Of a stretch of 64,000 nt of DNA, positions 13,137 through 25,526 are shown piece by piece (the first letter of the stretch is position 1; each line of letters opens with the position of its first letter). The DNA is taken from the NCBI GenBank assembly GCA_976226885.1, contig OZ320313.1:38998001-39062000 (forward strand). Direction: 5' to 3'. The translations under genes and the position numbers were made by a program. Origin of the DNA: Iphione sp. A-MEVVRFRX5. Taxonomy: Eukaryota. A model generated the notes under the pieces. The model ran no database searches. It was given only the letters and a program-made list of their open reading frames with translations, and was not told the DNA's origin.

Positions 13137-13545
13137 GTGAGTGTGAGTGACTTGTATACAGCCTCTCCTGGAGTAGAATCACTGCAGGAAACGTCTGTTT
13201 ATCCGAATGTGCGTTGTCTGTTTTCGTGATCGTACGTGCATGCCTATATGTGTGAAATCAAGATTACAGAATGAATGAGACTGACCACAAGGTCAGCATT
13301 TTGAGCACTCTGTCTTTCAAACTGAAGATAACAAATATGAGAAATGTATCTCATCGATAGCCTTTCTAGTTTATTCCTCTGCCCAGAAATGCCTTCAGAA
13401 AATTTCACAATACTTTCAATCCTTAGAATAGTTATACATGTGGTGGTAATAATAATTCACCCAAACCGGTACGCCGTATGCATATTTACCTTCCATCCCT
13501 ATACGCACACTGAGTCTTAAATGCCATTGCTTTGCTCACTCTCAG

Positions 13546-13744
13546 GCTGCTGTCCAACTACCGGCATGCTGTCAGCAGCCCCGTGTGGTTGTCCTCCGAT
13601 GACCTCCTGGACCATGCGCATCAACTCTTCACAGACCTGAAGAGCAGTGTGCTCAGCCGCATCATGAAGGTCACCTTCCCGAACTGCCACAAGGTCATCA
13701 ACAAATACGGCTACTTCTACATCGGACTGGTGCAGAGGCCCGAG
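13546..13744 (+). CDS. exon encoding a divergent RFX-type winged-helix domain
   Basis: Acceptor CTCTCAG and donor GAG|GTGAGG. After splicing it reads WLLSNY...LSRIMKVTFP...YGYFYIGL, which aligns by eye with the RFX DBD (WLLDNY...FGKLIRSVF...KYHYYGL). Confidence 0.75.
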
Positions 13745-14113
13745 GTGAGGAACACACAGCGTACTAGATGTTCATACATGCACTGCTGATGCCTGGGTCA
13801 GATGTGAGAAGTACTTGAGGAATGGTTCTGTCCAGAGTCAAGCGTGCAAAATTGTGTATTTTTACGCGACGAACACTTCAAAAATGGTTTTCTTATTGTA
13901 CTATTTTGGTTTAGCTGAAATTCTACATCTGGTTGTGCTGGACAATGAATATACATGTGTATTTCTACTAGTAAATCTGAACTGTAAAAACAGACATGCA
14001 TGTACAAACAGGTGTGCAGACACGCATGCATACACACGCACATACGCACACACCCACCAAGTCAGTTTACAAATGTCCTTAAACATCAAGCAATGCAACT
14101 TCTGTTTATACAG

Positions 14114-14293
14114 AAAGCGCACTACAACGATGAGTCGCTCTGCCAGGCGGCAGAGGCCGTAGCTTCGGGTCAGCTGACCGCCGAGATGGCGTCTCAGGTC
14201 CACGGTTTCACGACGGAGTTGATCAACCGATTCGTCGTCTGGTTCGACACCATCAATGACACTTTACCTGATGATGACACAGCAGAGAAAATG
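14114..14293 (+). CDS. exon encoding a Pipsqueak (psq)-type HTH
   Basis: Acceptor TTCTGTTTATACAG and donor ATG|GTAAGT, both phase 0. YNDESLCQAAEAVASGQLTAEMASQVHGF matches the psq pattern YxxExLxxAxxAVxxGxMSxxxAAxxYGI. Confidence 0.75.
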
Positions 14294-16309
14294 GTAAGTC
14301 CCAGAGATGACAATGTGGTAACGAGTCTAGGCGCACATGTATTTAGTCCGTCTCCAGTCTCCTACACAGCTCATCTCTTTCTGTAAGCACACTTAAAAGG
14401 CGTTAACGTCTTGCGGATATCAGATGGTGAAATTTGGATGTTTGTCTTCGCGAGGAGGGTTGGGGTTAGGAGTTAACTGAACAGATGCATCTGGACCTCC
14501 TACAGTCATATATGTATTGCTCAGTTAGGTTGGAGCCCACAGGTTCGCGTAACGGGTAACTCAGGATGTATAAGCTGTGATCTTCTTGGACTGTCCACCA
14601 CAGCTGTCAATCCAAAAGTACAGGAAAGACTAAAAGCATTGCTGGCGTGCCCACCACCCTGTTACAGCAAGATATTTTAGCACTTCTTGTGACGTGACAG
14701 CAGGCTGTGCGCCAGTGAGAAAAAACGGTAGTGTCTGCAACAGTGTTGCAAAATACATCAAACATCGCTTTATAACGGTGTTCGCAGTTGACACGTTTTA
14801 TGTATCTGAAATGGAACTAATTGCCTCAATCCAGCTTTCTGTAATATATATGGACGTTTTAAGCCAGACATTTTTATCATGCAAGAACGATAATGCTCTA
14901 TTTGCATGTACCCATGTTTTCGTGTCCCTGTGTGAGTCTTTCGTGGTGCCGTGCTTCCATTTTTTTTCTGCATCTGTGCTTATCAGCTGGAGTGCTACCA
15001 CGCACCTGTACTTTATGTTCAAACATGGATCCATGTTTAAGATTTAGACATGTCCCATTTTCTCTTGGTGCATATATCTGTGTTTTGGCCTTGGGTGGTG
15101 CCATGTCTTGGCATCTATGCTTATCAGATGGAGTACTTTCATGTACCTGTATGCATATGTTAAAAGACGGATTTGTGCCCATGGAAAAAAACAAGGAACA
15201 CACATATGGGCACATAGAAATTTGCCTTAAACTAGACGCAAGGTTGATTTTTTTCCCCACCCTGTCTTCTGACATTTACCCCACAAAATGCCCGATACAT
15301 GATGTCTACCGTCTATACGTAGGATATTTTCGCCTTTTGTTATCAAAAAAGATTATGAAGGCCATCAATGCAAGCTGATAATATCGCATATGATCCCGCA
15401 ATAGAGCACCATGTACAGTAGGACGGCAGATACAGATTATTTTAATGGCTAGCGCTTAGCGCAGTTACAGCAATATTCTTATGGTGGAGGCAGTGTTATC
15501 AAGGCAATGTTAAACTGATCAAGGTAGCGTTCATGCCAAGATGCTGGTAGCTTATCAGAGAGTACAAATTTGGGACTGTGAACTGTACAAGTGCGACCTT
15601 TCCCACTCCCTGTTATAAAATTAAAAACTCTTCCTGTCAGAGTAGGCGGAACGTGAGTGCAGTGGGGACGAGGCAATTAAGGTTCTTTTGGTCTGAGGTA
15701 GTCTGAAGATAAGGTTCTAAGTTTCTTAATTTGCACTTCGTCAGGAAACACCTGCACTGCACCGTCGCTTCGTTGTGTGGAAATTGATTTCATGTCTTTC
15801 TTTAGTAGCTCTATAAGCATGGTTAGGTATACAGAGATTTTATATTTATTTCCTTCTAAGGCGACTTAATTAACTTCTGAAGTATGGCTAGGCCATTTTT
15901 CTGTCTGTTCTCCCATCAGTTTTGCGTATTCACATGCCAAGCTCTTGTTTCGAGATCACTGTACAGCTGCCAGGTGTACGCTACATTATATTTTACGTTC
16001 AGCCGGTCCTTCCTGCTCAAGGGGCTACACGTATATATATATTATGGTGTACCTACATGAGCTGTTTTACAGTCACGTGAATCATATGCTGTCAGTAGTG
16101 AGAGTTAGACGTGTTAGAGTGCACCTGCATGTTGTCATATTTTTACTCTGCATGCTGACGAGTCCTTCCTTCTGACTTTAGAACAGGGACTCGGATCCAG
16201 ACTGGGTGAGTGCAGTCTTAAACGGTCCACCTCTCTGCCCCAGTCTGTTAAGGATAAGGATAGCATTCGCTGTCCCTCCCGTGCCATGGCTCTCTGTGTT
16301 TTTCATTAA

Positions 16310-16444
16310 NNNNNNNNNNNNNNNNNNNNNNNNNNNNNNNNNNNNNNNNNNNNNNNNNNNNNNNNNNNNNNNNNNNNNNNNNNNNNNNNNNNNNNNNNNN
16401 NNNNNNNNNNNNNNNNNNNNNNNNNNNNNNNNNNNNNNNNNNNN
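16310..16444. other. assembly gap (N run)
   Basis: Run of N bases. Confidence 0.99.
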
Positions 16445-17453
16445 CTCTGTCCATCTATCTGCTTCCCCATCTCTGTCAGTCTTTCTTGAATCTCTTTTTT
16501 GTCCTTCAGTAATCGACCTGATTTCTGTTCCTCTCTTTTATTACTTACTCTTCCTTTGCAAGGTCTGTTTCATCGCTTCTACCTTTTTTTTACAATGTTC
16601 ATAGCGTGCATCTACTAGCGAGTTCTAGGCGGAATAAGATATAAATAGAAATCAGCCGCACTGACTCAGGTTCCTGTTGTGTACAAATTCTAACCAAATT
16701 GTTCTAACCAGTTTGTTTGATTGTCAATCGTTGTGATTAGTAAATGGATGTCATGCGTATGTGAGAGTGTGTATACGTTGTATCAGGCTGTGTGTGCGTG
16801 AGTACAAAACACGTGGGTGCCTTATTGCAGAGCTCACCTCTCTTTCTCTTACGTTCAGCCGCGTATTCTCAGAGAGTTCACGATTTTAGAGCTTAAAATA
16901 CTTACCCTTAGTTTCATGCTGGCTTGTGATCTTGCTGGTCCATGATATCTTTTTTTTCCAAAGGTTCGTATCAAACCTCTACACTGGATATACTCTGCCG
17001 ATCTAAGACTGAGCAGTTTCATATCTTGGTCTAACATCATAATCAGTATTTTTGTACTTTCAAGGTTTGAAATAAAATGATTTCGGAATTCGCTTTGAAA
17101 TATTAGGAGACTGCTGCCTAAATCCAATTAATCAATTTTGCATAGTGACATTTAAAACAAAAATAACTTGATTTCTACATTTCTAAAGTTATGTCATGGG
17201 TTGTTAACCACTAAAATTACCACGCTTAGTTGCACTCAAGAAATTACAGTCTTATCAGCATTTAGACTCTTCATTGCAGTAAGTAGGTTTAGCTTATAAA
17301 GAAGAGTTGTCATACAGGCAGTATTAGTGCGAGGGGCCGCAAATCTTGAAATTGTTTTCTCCATAATTCCTCACAGCCTTTACTAGCTACCACCCGTACA
17401 AAGAAACCATACTGATGTTTCATGAACTTTAACGTGTCTTGACCTCCTTACAG

Positions 17454-18704
17454 GTGATGAGTGACTCCGAGTCTGAGTCAGATGATAACGTCGCATCAGG
17501 GACCTCGGAGAATCGGTCCAGCATCAGGTGGAAGTTACGTCAGAAGGCACGTGCCAGGCTGAATACCAAGATGGAGCCGAGGTCACTCTCCTCGTCGCCA
17601 CCTTTAACGGCAGCATCAACAGCCAATATATCCACTACGCATGCTTTGTCATCAGCAAAGCCGCACCAGCACAAGTCTGCAGACGGCGAGTGGCGGCCCC
17701 CGCGTGTGCAGTTGGTTGATTCGGCAGGCGCACCCGGTCACCCACGCCGGCTCAGCTCTCGACTGAAGGCACGAACCAAGAATAAGGCAGGAGGCCACCA
17801 AAAGGAGAACGGCGGTGCTAATCTAGTGAAAGCCGAGGGCGGCACGGACATCGAGGACGGTGAGCAGGAGAGAGCAGATTCTGGTCCGGCCGAAGGGGAG
17901 GGCACTGATGATTCGGGTGATTTTGATGATTTCTACGATGACGAGGAGGAGGAGGACGACGACGACGAGGCAGACATGGACGATGATGACCTCAGCAATA
18001 ATACACAGTCTACTCCAACGGATGGGTCCACCACATCCTGTGTGGCCTCCACAGCCATAGGCAGCTTCCAGGTTCGTGTCAAAACCGAGCCCTTGGATCC
18101 CGAGTGTGAGGAAGACGAGCAGAACAATAACCAGCGCCCTTGCAGTAAGAGCCCCCCTCAGTACGGCAGGCAAAAGGCTCTCTTGAAACAGAAAGAGGGT
18201 GAAGGGGAGGGTGCTAATGAGACTGGGAATACCGCCTCGTTCCACACACTGCGTAGTCTACTGAATGAGTCGGGCCACGCAGGAGGTGGTTCCCAGAAAC
18301 GCTCAAGAAGTCCCCAAGGAGAAAGTCCAAGCAAGGTGCAGAAGTGCAGTCCAGGAGAGGGCAGCAGTAACGGCAATGCCCCTGGTGGTAGTGGGGGCAG
18401 TCCGGCAGGCAGCCGATCACAGAGTCTAAACTCGGTGGTGGATCTGCTCACAATGAAGCAGGAGCTGCAGCAGACACGTGACTTGCTCACAGCGAAGGAG
18501 AACGAAAGTTCGGCCCTCGAGCGCAAACTCGCACATGCACATTCGGAAATCCAGTCTTTGCAGAGGACACTCTCCATTCAGGAGACGACTCTGTCTGACC
18601 TCGCTACTGAATTCTTTGAGCTTTCGAGCAGTTTTATGAAGATAACCCACAAATTCAAGCAAGCGCTCACAGATGCAAACATCACTAGGTGTCAGCACAC
18701 GTGA
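17454..18704 (+). CDS. terminal exon: acidic/Ser-rich low-complexity region plus C-terminal coiled coil
   Basis: Acceptor CTCCTTACAG (phase 0) and a 416-codon open frame to TGA. Contains a D/E tract and a heptad-rich C-terminus (LLTMKQELQQTRDLL...LERKLAHAHSEIQSLQRTL). Confidence 0.88.
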   Translation: MMSDSESESDDNVASGTSENRSSIRWKLRQKARARLNTKMEPRSLSSSPPLTAASTANISTTHALSSAKPHQHKSADGEWRPPRVQLVDSAGAPGHPRRLSSRLKARTKNKAGGHQKENGGANLVKAEGGTDIEDGEQERADSGPAEGEGTDDSGDFDDFYDDEEEEDDDDEADMDDDDLSNNTQSTPTDGSTTSCVASTAIGSFQVRVKTEPLDPECEEDEQNNNQRPCSKSPPQYGRQKALLKQKEGEGEGANETGNTASFHTLRSLLNESGHAGGGSQKRSRSPQGESPSKVQKCSPGEGSSNGNAPGGSGGSPAGSRSQSLNSVVDLLTMKQELQQTRDLLTAKENESSALERKLAHAHSEIQSLQRTLSIQETTLSDLATEFFELSSSFMKITHKFKQALTDANITRCQHT

Positions 18705-21700
18705 CACCAGAGACACTGTTGATTTAAGCCTGCACTACTTGCTTTTCACTTATCAGTGTATATAGACTTCCAGGGACCAAAACGTAGCACACGTTAACAG
18801 TTCATAACAGATTTTTGCTTTTTCATCCATGTCATTGTATATATCTCGTATATATAATATCTAATATATAATATATACAATATATATTATATATAATATA
18901 TATGACATGTATACAATGTAATCACAATCACGAAATATCACGTTCATCTGTCTTCAGTTGTTTTGCTCGCACCAAGACGAAAATTGGGAAGACAGTGTAA
19001 GTTTGATAACTTCTGTGTAATATAATGAGGTTTCACATAATATAGGATATCATGAAAACCATTCTGTACTTTTCTGAAATGTACAGGCAACATTATTTGT
19101 AACATTAATTCGATTCAAAAGTCATTCCAGGCCTCCGAATGTTTGGCACATGAAGTGCAAATGAGGGCTCTATATTTGGACCACTGACTCTACAAGTGTA
19201 GTTTTCATGAAGGGCGGAAAGCAATATCCTCATTTTTTTTTCTCAAATCTGCAGTTACGATTATCGCTTTGAGGTGAGCATAGAACACGAATCAAATGCA
19301 TAAGTTTTAGTTGATCATGTAGAAACGGTTTGGAAGTATTTCCTCAAAACGTTTAGCTCATTTTGAATATTTAATTTATAAAATTTGCTAATTTACTAAA
19401 TAAGATGTAAACTCACAAACAGATAGAATTCTGCACCAAATCTCAACTTAAATTTTAGTAGCCTGTAAATTTTATTACTAACCTACGTTTCTAATTTGTA
19501 CAATTGATTGCTCCGTTCGCAATGTAATACTTATCACTATTACTTAAAAATGACCCCCGGACTGCGTTAAGGCATATCCAGGTTTATCCATGGGAATACA
19601 TCAGAACATTCCCAGAGCTTAAAGTGTTAAACATCCAGAAGTCTGTGATTTCATCTGTAAGGCTGTGGGGAAAGGTCATGTTGGAAAGGTGTTTGTTGGT
19701 AACTGTTAGGAGGAAACAGACATGGGTACGTTGCTCGTAAGTGTCGCACAGAATGACTTTATATGACATAACACTAGTAATGCAGATATTAGGATCCTCG
19801 CTGTGAACATCATTATTTACTGCAGTGATCCTGTCATCAGATCTTGTTGATCGGATACCCCTTATCCGGAATAAATTTTGCGGCGATATTGCGCTTATTC
19901 TCATGTATGCTTACCTGCTTTGTTCGAGACCCAGAATGAATAAGCTTGCAAGGGCTTCCTACGTGAATGTAGCTGGCTCTGGCCTGAGTCCGCATTGACA
20001 GGCTATGTTTTCAAAGATTTTATCTGGATATCTGCAGAGCCTTTCACATCAAAATTGCTCTTTATGTCTTGTTTGCGAAAGATTTTCGATAAACTGGTCG
20101 AAGATCAACAGAAACTTATGTATCGGATAGTGTCAATTCATCCCTTGACCTATTGCGAGACCTATTGTCCCAGGGTCAGCCGGACGCCATTGTTGGAATT
20201 AATAACAGAATGCACCAACATCACTGAAATCAACGCGTCACTCCGTAGCCCTATGAAGCACATTATCAAAAAGTGCCTCGCATTGAAATCCCTTCACCCG
20301 TTTTATTTTCGTATATCTTGTTGTCTGCGCAGTTAGTTTCAGAAATCGTTCTCTTTTTACATGTTTCGGAACTTATCTGATACCATACGGGGTAGAGTGG
20401 TATATTGTGTACAACGGTTCTTTGCTAAAGGGTTTTTTCTTTTGCAGTAGTCACAGTAACATTCCGTATGTTTTTTTAACTCTCTTCAAGCTCTGTTCAA
20501 CTATTGTTGGCAGTGTTCCACACTCTGGCTGTATGCTATGAAGGAATCTTGTATTTCCTTGAAATATATTTTTTTTGTCTTGCTTGTTGAATTGTTGTGT
20601 GAGAAAACTGTTGAGTGTCCAAGAAAACATTACTGTCATTTGATTCTTCTTCCACGCTCATTTACTGTATAAATGGATGGTTGTGAATCATCCACATCAG
20701 CAATCACCAAAAGTGTACATATTTTCTGGAGGCCTTTTGGCTTTGTGTATATATGCTCATTCTGCTGATGGAGAGTCCCATTGTTTGTATCATGGCAAAG
20801 TTGATGTTAGCATTAATAATAATTACCATGCCAAAATACAATTTCCACACCCACCTCAAGTCACAGGTTCAGCATTTGCATGTGACTGACTCTTGGCTAT
20901 TGTTCTGGTTGAGGACTATGGCAGTGGAAACTTTGACACTAACCCACACCACTTGCCGCTCGGAAAGGGAACGTAAGTGTTGACCTCGGCGAGGACTATC
21001 TGCCTGACAGTGGAGCCATTGCACTTTGACAGTAGGAACATTAAGCAGTAGGGTATGACGGTAGGAGCATTTATCACACTAGTCTTCATTCATTAGGGGT
21101 TGGGCGAAGCAAGTAGAAACAAGTTTGGCTGGCGACAGAAGTTGTGTTCCTCATAACAACCACTCCCTTACATAGTTACCAAATTGGAAGGAGGACTTTT
21201 GTGTACAGTCTAAGACAGCAGCAGAAGTCTCTAAAGCTTTGATGCCGTAAAGATCCATCCTCTCTTGGAATGACACAGCCCGCGGGAGTACTCGGTGCAT
21301 GGTGCTTAGGCAGGTTTCACATTTATTCTGTATAGCTGTTAACATGAAAATTACAGGTCCATAGCTTATGTTAGCTCTTTGATATGGCTCTGTGAGAAAT
21401 GCTAATGCATCGTATTGCATTTCTTCATACCCATGCTGGACGGTCTATCGCACAAATGGATGTATTCCTCCATAGGAAAGCACTGCGGGAAGCCTGAAGG
21501 AAAGCATTTGGTATAAAATCATACACCTCTACTGTGGGGTTTACGCACCATGCACCATTGCGCGTTAAAACATAACACGACATGTGAAACCTGCCTTAAG
21601 CTGGGATTGTAGTAATATCCATCCCCTCCCATAAGAACTTATTGAGGCAAGGGTTATGCACAGTTTAGTAGGCGTAGTGTTAAACCAATAACACCCACAC

Positions 21701-24700
21701 TTTTCCAACTTGAGTCCAATACACTGCAAGTAGTAGGTATCCTGTATAGTGAAAATTCAGCTATGACTTTGACTTCACCGTTGGCCTGACATATACCAGA
21801 TTTTGTTTCCTTAATCAATGGAGACTATAGAGTTCTGTTCAACAATGAAGACGGTCCTGAACCGTATGTTGACGATAGTTCAAATGGATCATTTTTTGTT
21901 GATTGTTGAATAATCAGTGTCAGATATTGCACTTAGGGAGATAGTCCTTGATTTATTCCTTGAAAATATATGGTTTGGCCTCTTCTATTAAGTACGGCAT
22001 ACAGTATGTTAAGCCATCTTCATAGTCCCTGCCACAGTCAACATTTGACCTGCAGTCTGATCCGTACAGTAAACCTGTGTAGTCACATGACGTCACGTCA
22101 TGTAATTGGCGTCTTAAAAGACGTCGCCATGTTACCTGCATTTCGCTAGAGGGTTCATTCCCCATGTTGGTGAACTGTAATATATCAGATTCATTCCATG
22201 TAATTTACAGCAGAGTGCTATATTTTCACAGACGTTTCGTTTACACTTTTTCTTATTGTGATTCTTGAAAGTTTGCAAACGGAAGTACTGGCGAACCAGA
22301 ATTCCTTGTTGAGATGTTTTTGTTTTCATCCCCCACGGTGTCTTGTTGATTCTGGAGAAGCAATAAATATGTCAAATACAAACACAGCAGTGTCCCGTTA
22401 ATCCGATCGCGTTCAAGCCATTCTGTCTAGTTATAGAGGATCCTTGCCAGCGCCAGAGTCATGTATGGCTCAGGATTGACACCAACACCTACCAGCCAAA
22501 GCTTATAATGTGATACTGAAGTATATGGCCAGCTGCCCCTCTTTCTTGTTGGGGGTCGGGGGAGGGCAGAGAATGTCATTGAGTGTAGGGTACGTCGGCA
22601 GTGCGCCTTCCTCATGCTCGTGTTGGTGGGTGTTGCTGTCTTTCGGACATTATGATTCTGTTGAAGGGTCATTGAAAGGAAGGTGGACCTAAAAACACTG
22701 TATCAGCCTTACCTGTCCGTAGTCAGGAACTGGAATCTGAACGACCGGATTAACGAGACAGTAGCTTGGAGAGCCACTTACCTGATGTATAGGAAGCAGA
22801 ACTTCGAGGCCTTTTTGTACCAGTTTACTATGATCAGCTCTTCAACTGGTGAATACACCGCTTTGTAATTTGCTGGGTGATCATCATAATGTGCGATATT
22901 ACCAGTGCCCCTTTATATATTTTGATCTATATATTTCTAGTAGAGATCAACTATATTGTAGGTATTCAAATCTGCCTTGAAAAACAGACACAAGTTCCAT
23001 TGAACTTTAATAATGAATAATGTATGTTGTCATGGAAATAATTCCTCTTTTGAATAAATCATTTTCATATACAGAGCCAAGCGTTCTTTCCCATGATAAT
23101 TTATGTTGTATTATCCTGTCAAGGTCTGGATTTTCGCCTCGTTTAACTTAAACTCAAAAGCTAAACCCTACTGTATGCTTCATAAATTACACAATTTCTT
23201 GATGAATTTTGGTGTTCTTCTGACATAAGGCCATTAAACTTCATTGGAAGTTGTATAACAATTCAGCCTATCTCTGATGATTCAAACCAGCTTGCATACT
23301 CTCAAAATGTACATACTCTCACACATACACTCACACAGTTGCAGGCAAACACATGCTCTCATGCACGCACTGTCATTCACACGCTCTTGCACACACATGC
23401 AACAATAAAACAACTAACCATGCCCCCACGATGCAACTAAGAGCTGCAACAAAAGTATAACTGTAGACGAGTTCTATTATTTTTCGACTTAGTATACCTC
23501 ATTTTGCAAATTTATTCAGTTCTCCACTGTTACAGTCTGCCTGTCTGGTCAGCTCCTCAAATTCAGTATCTCCCTCCTCTTTCGTTCCTTGTTTTATCAA
23601 TTGGTTTACAGTATACTTGATTTTACCCCTATCCATATATCCCAGCAGCTTCCAATTGTCTCACTACCTCCAATTGCTTACGTTCTTTCTTGCAAGGCAA
23701 TACACAATCGACAAGATTCCTCTTTTTTTGTTTCATTCTTTTATTTCCTTTGTCACTCCCCCGGTAATAGGAATACCTGATACTCACTGACGTTCACAAA
23801 AACTCCACACAAGACTACCCATCGTGATCCCTTTAGTAACAAATAAGCCAGTAAACAAATAAATATATGGTTGAAACAATGTATGCCAGTTTGGATATTT
23901 CGTAATATTGTAATACTGCCTTTATTTTGTCGTCTAAGGTCAGCTGGTGCAAAAGCCCTTGACCAACTTAAACATACATGCACATGAGATTAGTATTGTA
24001 CACATATTTCTTCCATCACTACTGCCAATTACGTTTCAACATGGGTTTTCACAATTGGAGAGATGTTTGAGCGAAAACATCTATACTTTTTGGACACTAT
24101 GCATTAATGTTTGTCAAAGATACTGAATTCCCTTTAAATATTATGAAATAAACAGTCCATCCATTTGTTCTTGCAGCGCCATATAAGGTATAATGCTACC
24201 TCACTTGTCCTGACGGACTACTTCCATGGTTAACCATAACCCCGGCTAAATTGTTGTCATGTTCCACATCAGTTGTTTTCAACTAGTGACAAATGTACAT
24301 CAGATATTTAGTATTTAAGCAAGGAAAACATAGGGTTAATAGAATCCATCGTCGACATGGAATCAGAGAGGGTTAATGAGCCTGAGGTTGGCGTGGTAAT
24401 CCAGACTTCGCTGTGCCGATACTAGTAAACTAGAATAGAGCCTCATATATCTCGGGTAAGGCTTGAGAAATAAGATGAAAGGAAACCGTGCCAATGTTGA
24501 TGTACAGATTTCTTGGGACCAAAGTGAAACCAATCGATGACGTATCAATTGATGTTAGCACAAGTATGCAGAGCGATCATTGGTCGTGTATTAAATGTCT
24601 GGGACCAGCAAGAGAACACTTTACTTTCATCAATGAGTGTTTTTGTTCTTAATACTGCTCTACGGTGGGCGTTTCGGTCTTTGTCGTGGTTGTCGTCGTG

Positions 24701-25128
24701 GTTGTTGTGCTGCCACCTGATCGCCACTCTTGGAACTTCAGGAAGGTGTCTGCTCCGAATGCCAACGTGGAAGCGAAGCTGAAAAACTGTTGTGGGGAGT
24801 TTCTTAGAAGAGCAGCAAGCTACGACAGAGAGAAGCAAAGGAAGAGACAGCGGGAGATTGACTTGTCCCATGAAAAGTAATATGCCCCCCTACCCTCCAC
24901 AGACATTGTTCCCTGTCCCCTTGCAACCACACACGTCCAGCAGTCTGGCGGCGAAACTGAAAGCTAACTGCAAGGATTGCTCTTACTTCTGCTCATGTGG
25001 CGTCATCTGATGGTTAAATGAAGCCTGCACTGAGCTGTTTATAGGAAAGGGGAGTAGGGAGACACGGACTTTTAACAGTCATATGTGGGTGAAGGTAGAA
25101 GGACATGTACACAAACAGGTTTACTCAC

Positions 25129-25227
25129 GCAGGCGGCCCCGATGGCTGGAAGCCAGGATGCCTTGACGGCTGCCACGATGCCAGAAATCAGGAAGAAAAG
25201 TGTGTAGACGGCGCACGTGATCAGCTC
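25129..25227 (-). CDS. MARVEL-domain membrane protein (plasmolipin/CMTM-like), exon with TM3 and start of TM4
   Basis: Acceptor TTTCGCTTCCGACAG and donor TGC|GTGAGT, 99 nt, phase 0/0. Encodes ELITCAVYTLFFLISGIVAAVKASWLPAIGAAC. Confidence 0.8.
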
Positions 25228-25339
25228 CTGTCGGAAGCGAAATAGATGTACATGATCAATTACAGAATGGTGACAGCATCAATTTATTCATATGTGACGC
25301 AAAACAATGTTACTCGGTATTGAGATAAAACCACTATAA

Positions 25340-25526
25340 TGTTGCGGGCTCCACTCAGCGGAGCCCGCTGTCGGCGGAGGTTGAGAATTTGGGGCTCCGC
25401 CCGGAGTAGCATTCTGTATATAAGTCGGGCCGGGCGGAGCTTCGTTGTCATTAGTGTCCTGTCTCTTAAGGAATAAACTTCATCAACTGTTATCTTGGAG
25501 TCATGTCTCTTCGATCGGGGCGAACA
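25340..25526 (+). repeat. 5' LTR (187 bp)
   Basis: TGTTGCGGG...GGGCGAACA, with TATATAA at 25417-25423 and AATAAA at 25472-25477. Differs from the 3' LTR at 3 positions. Confidence 0.95.

Noticed and set aside
14893-15378. 161-aa ORF in the intron
   Set aside because: It overlaps a diverged ~142-bp tandem duplication (GCTTATCAG.TGGAGT at about 14978 and 15119) and has no splice or homology support.
15479-15560. HERY...NIALITLP, resembling the trypsin catalytic-Asp region
   Set aside because: The catalytic Asp is absent and no other protease exons were found; likely chance.
24876-24970. Candidate last MARVEL exon (LAFSFAARLLDV...)
   Set aside because: It lacks the expected FGF-x6-Y-x2-D spacing and has Arg within the would-be TM helix.
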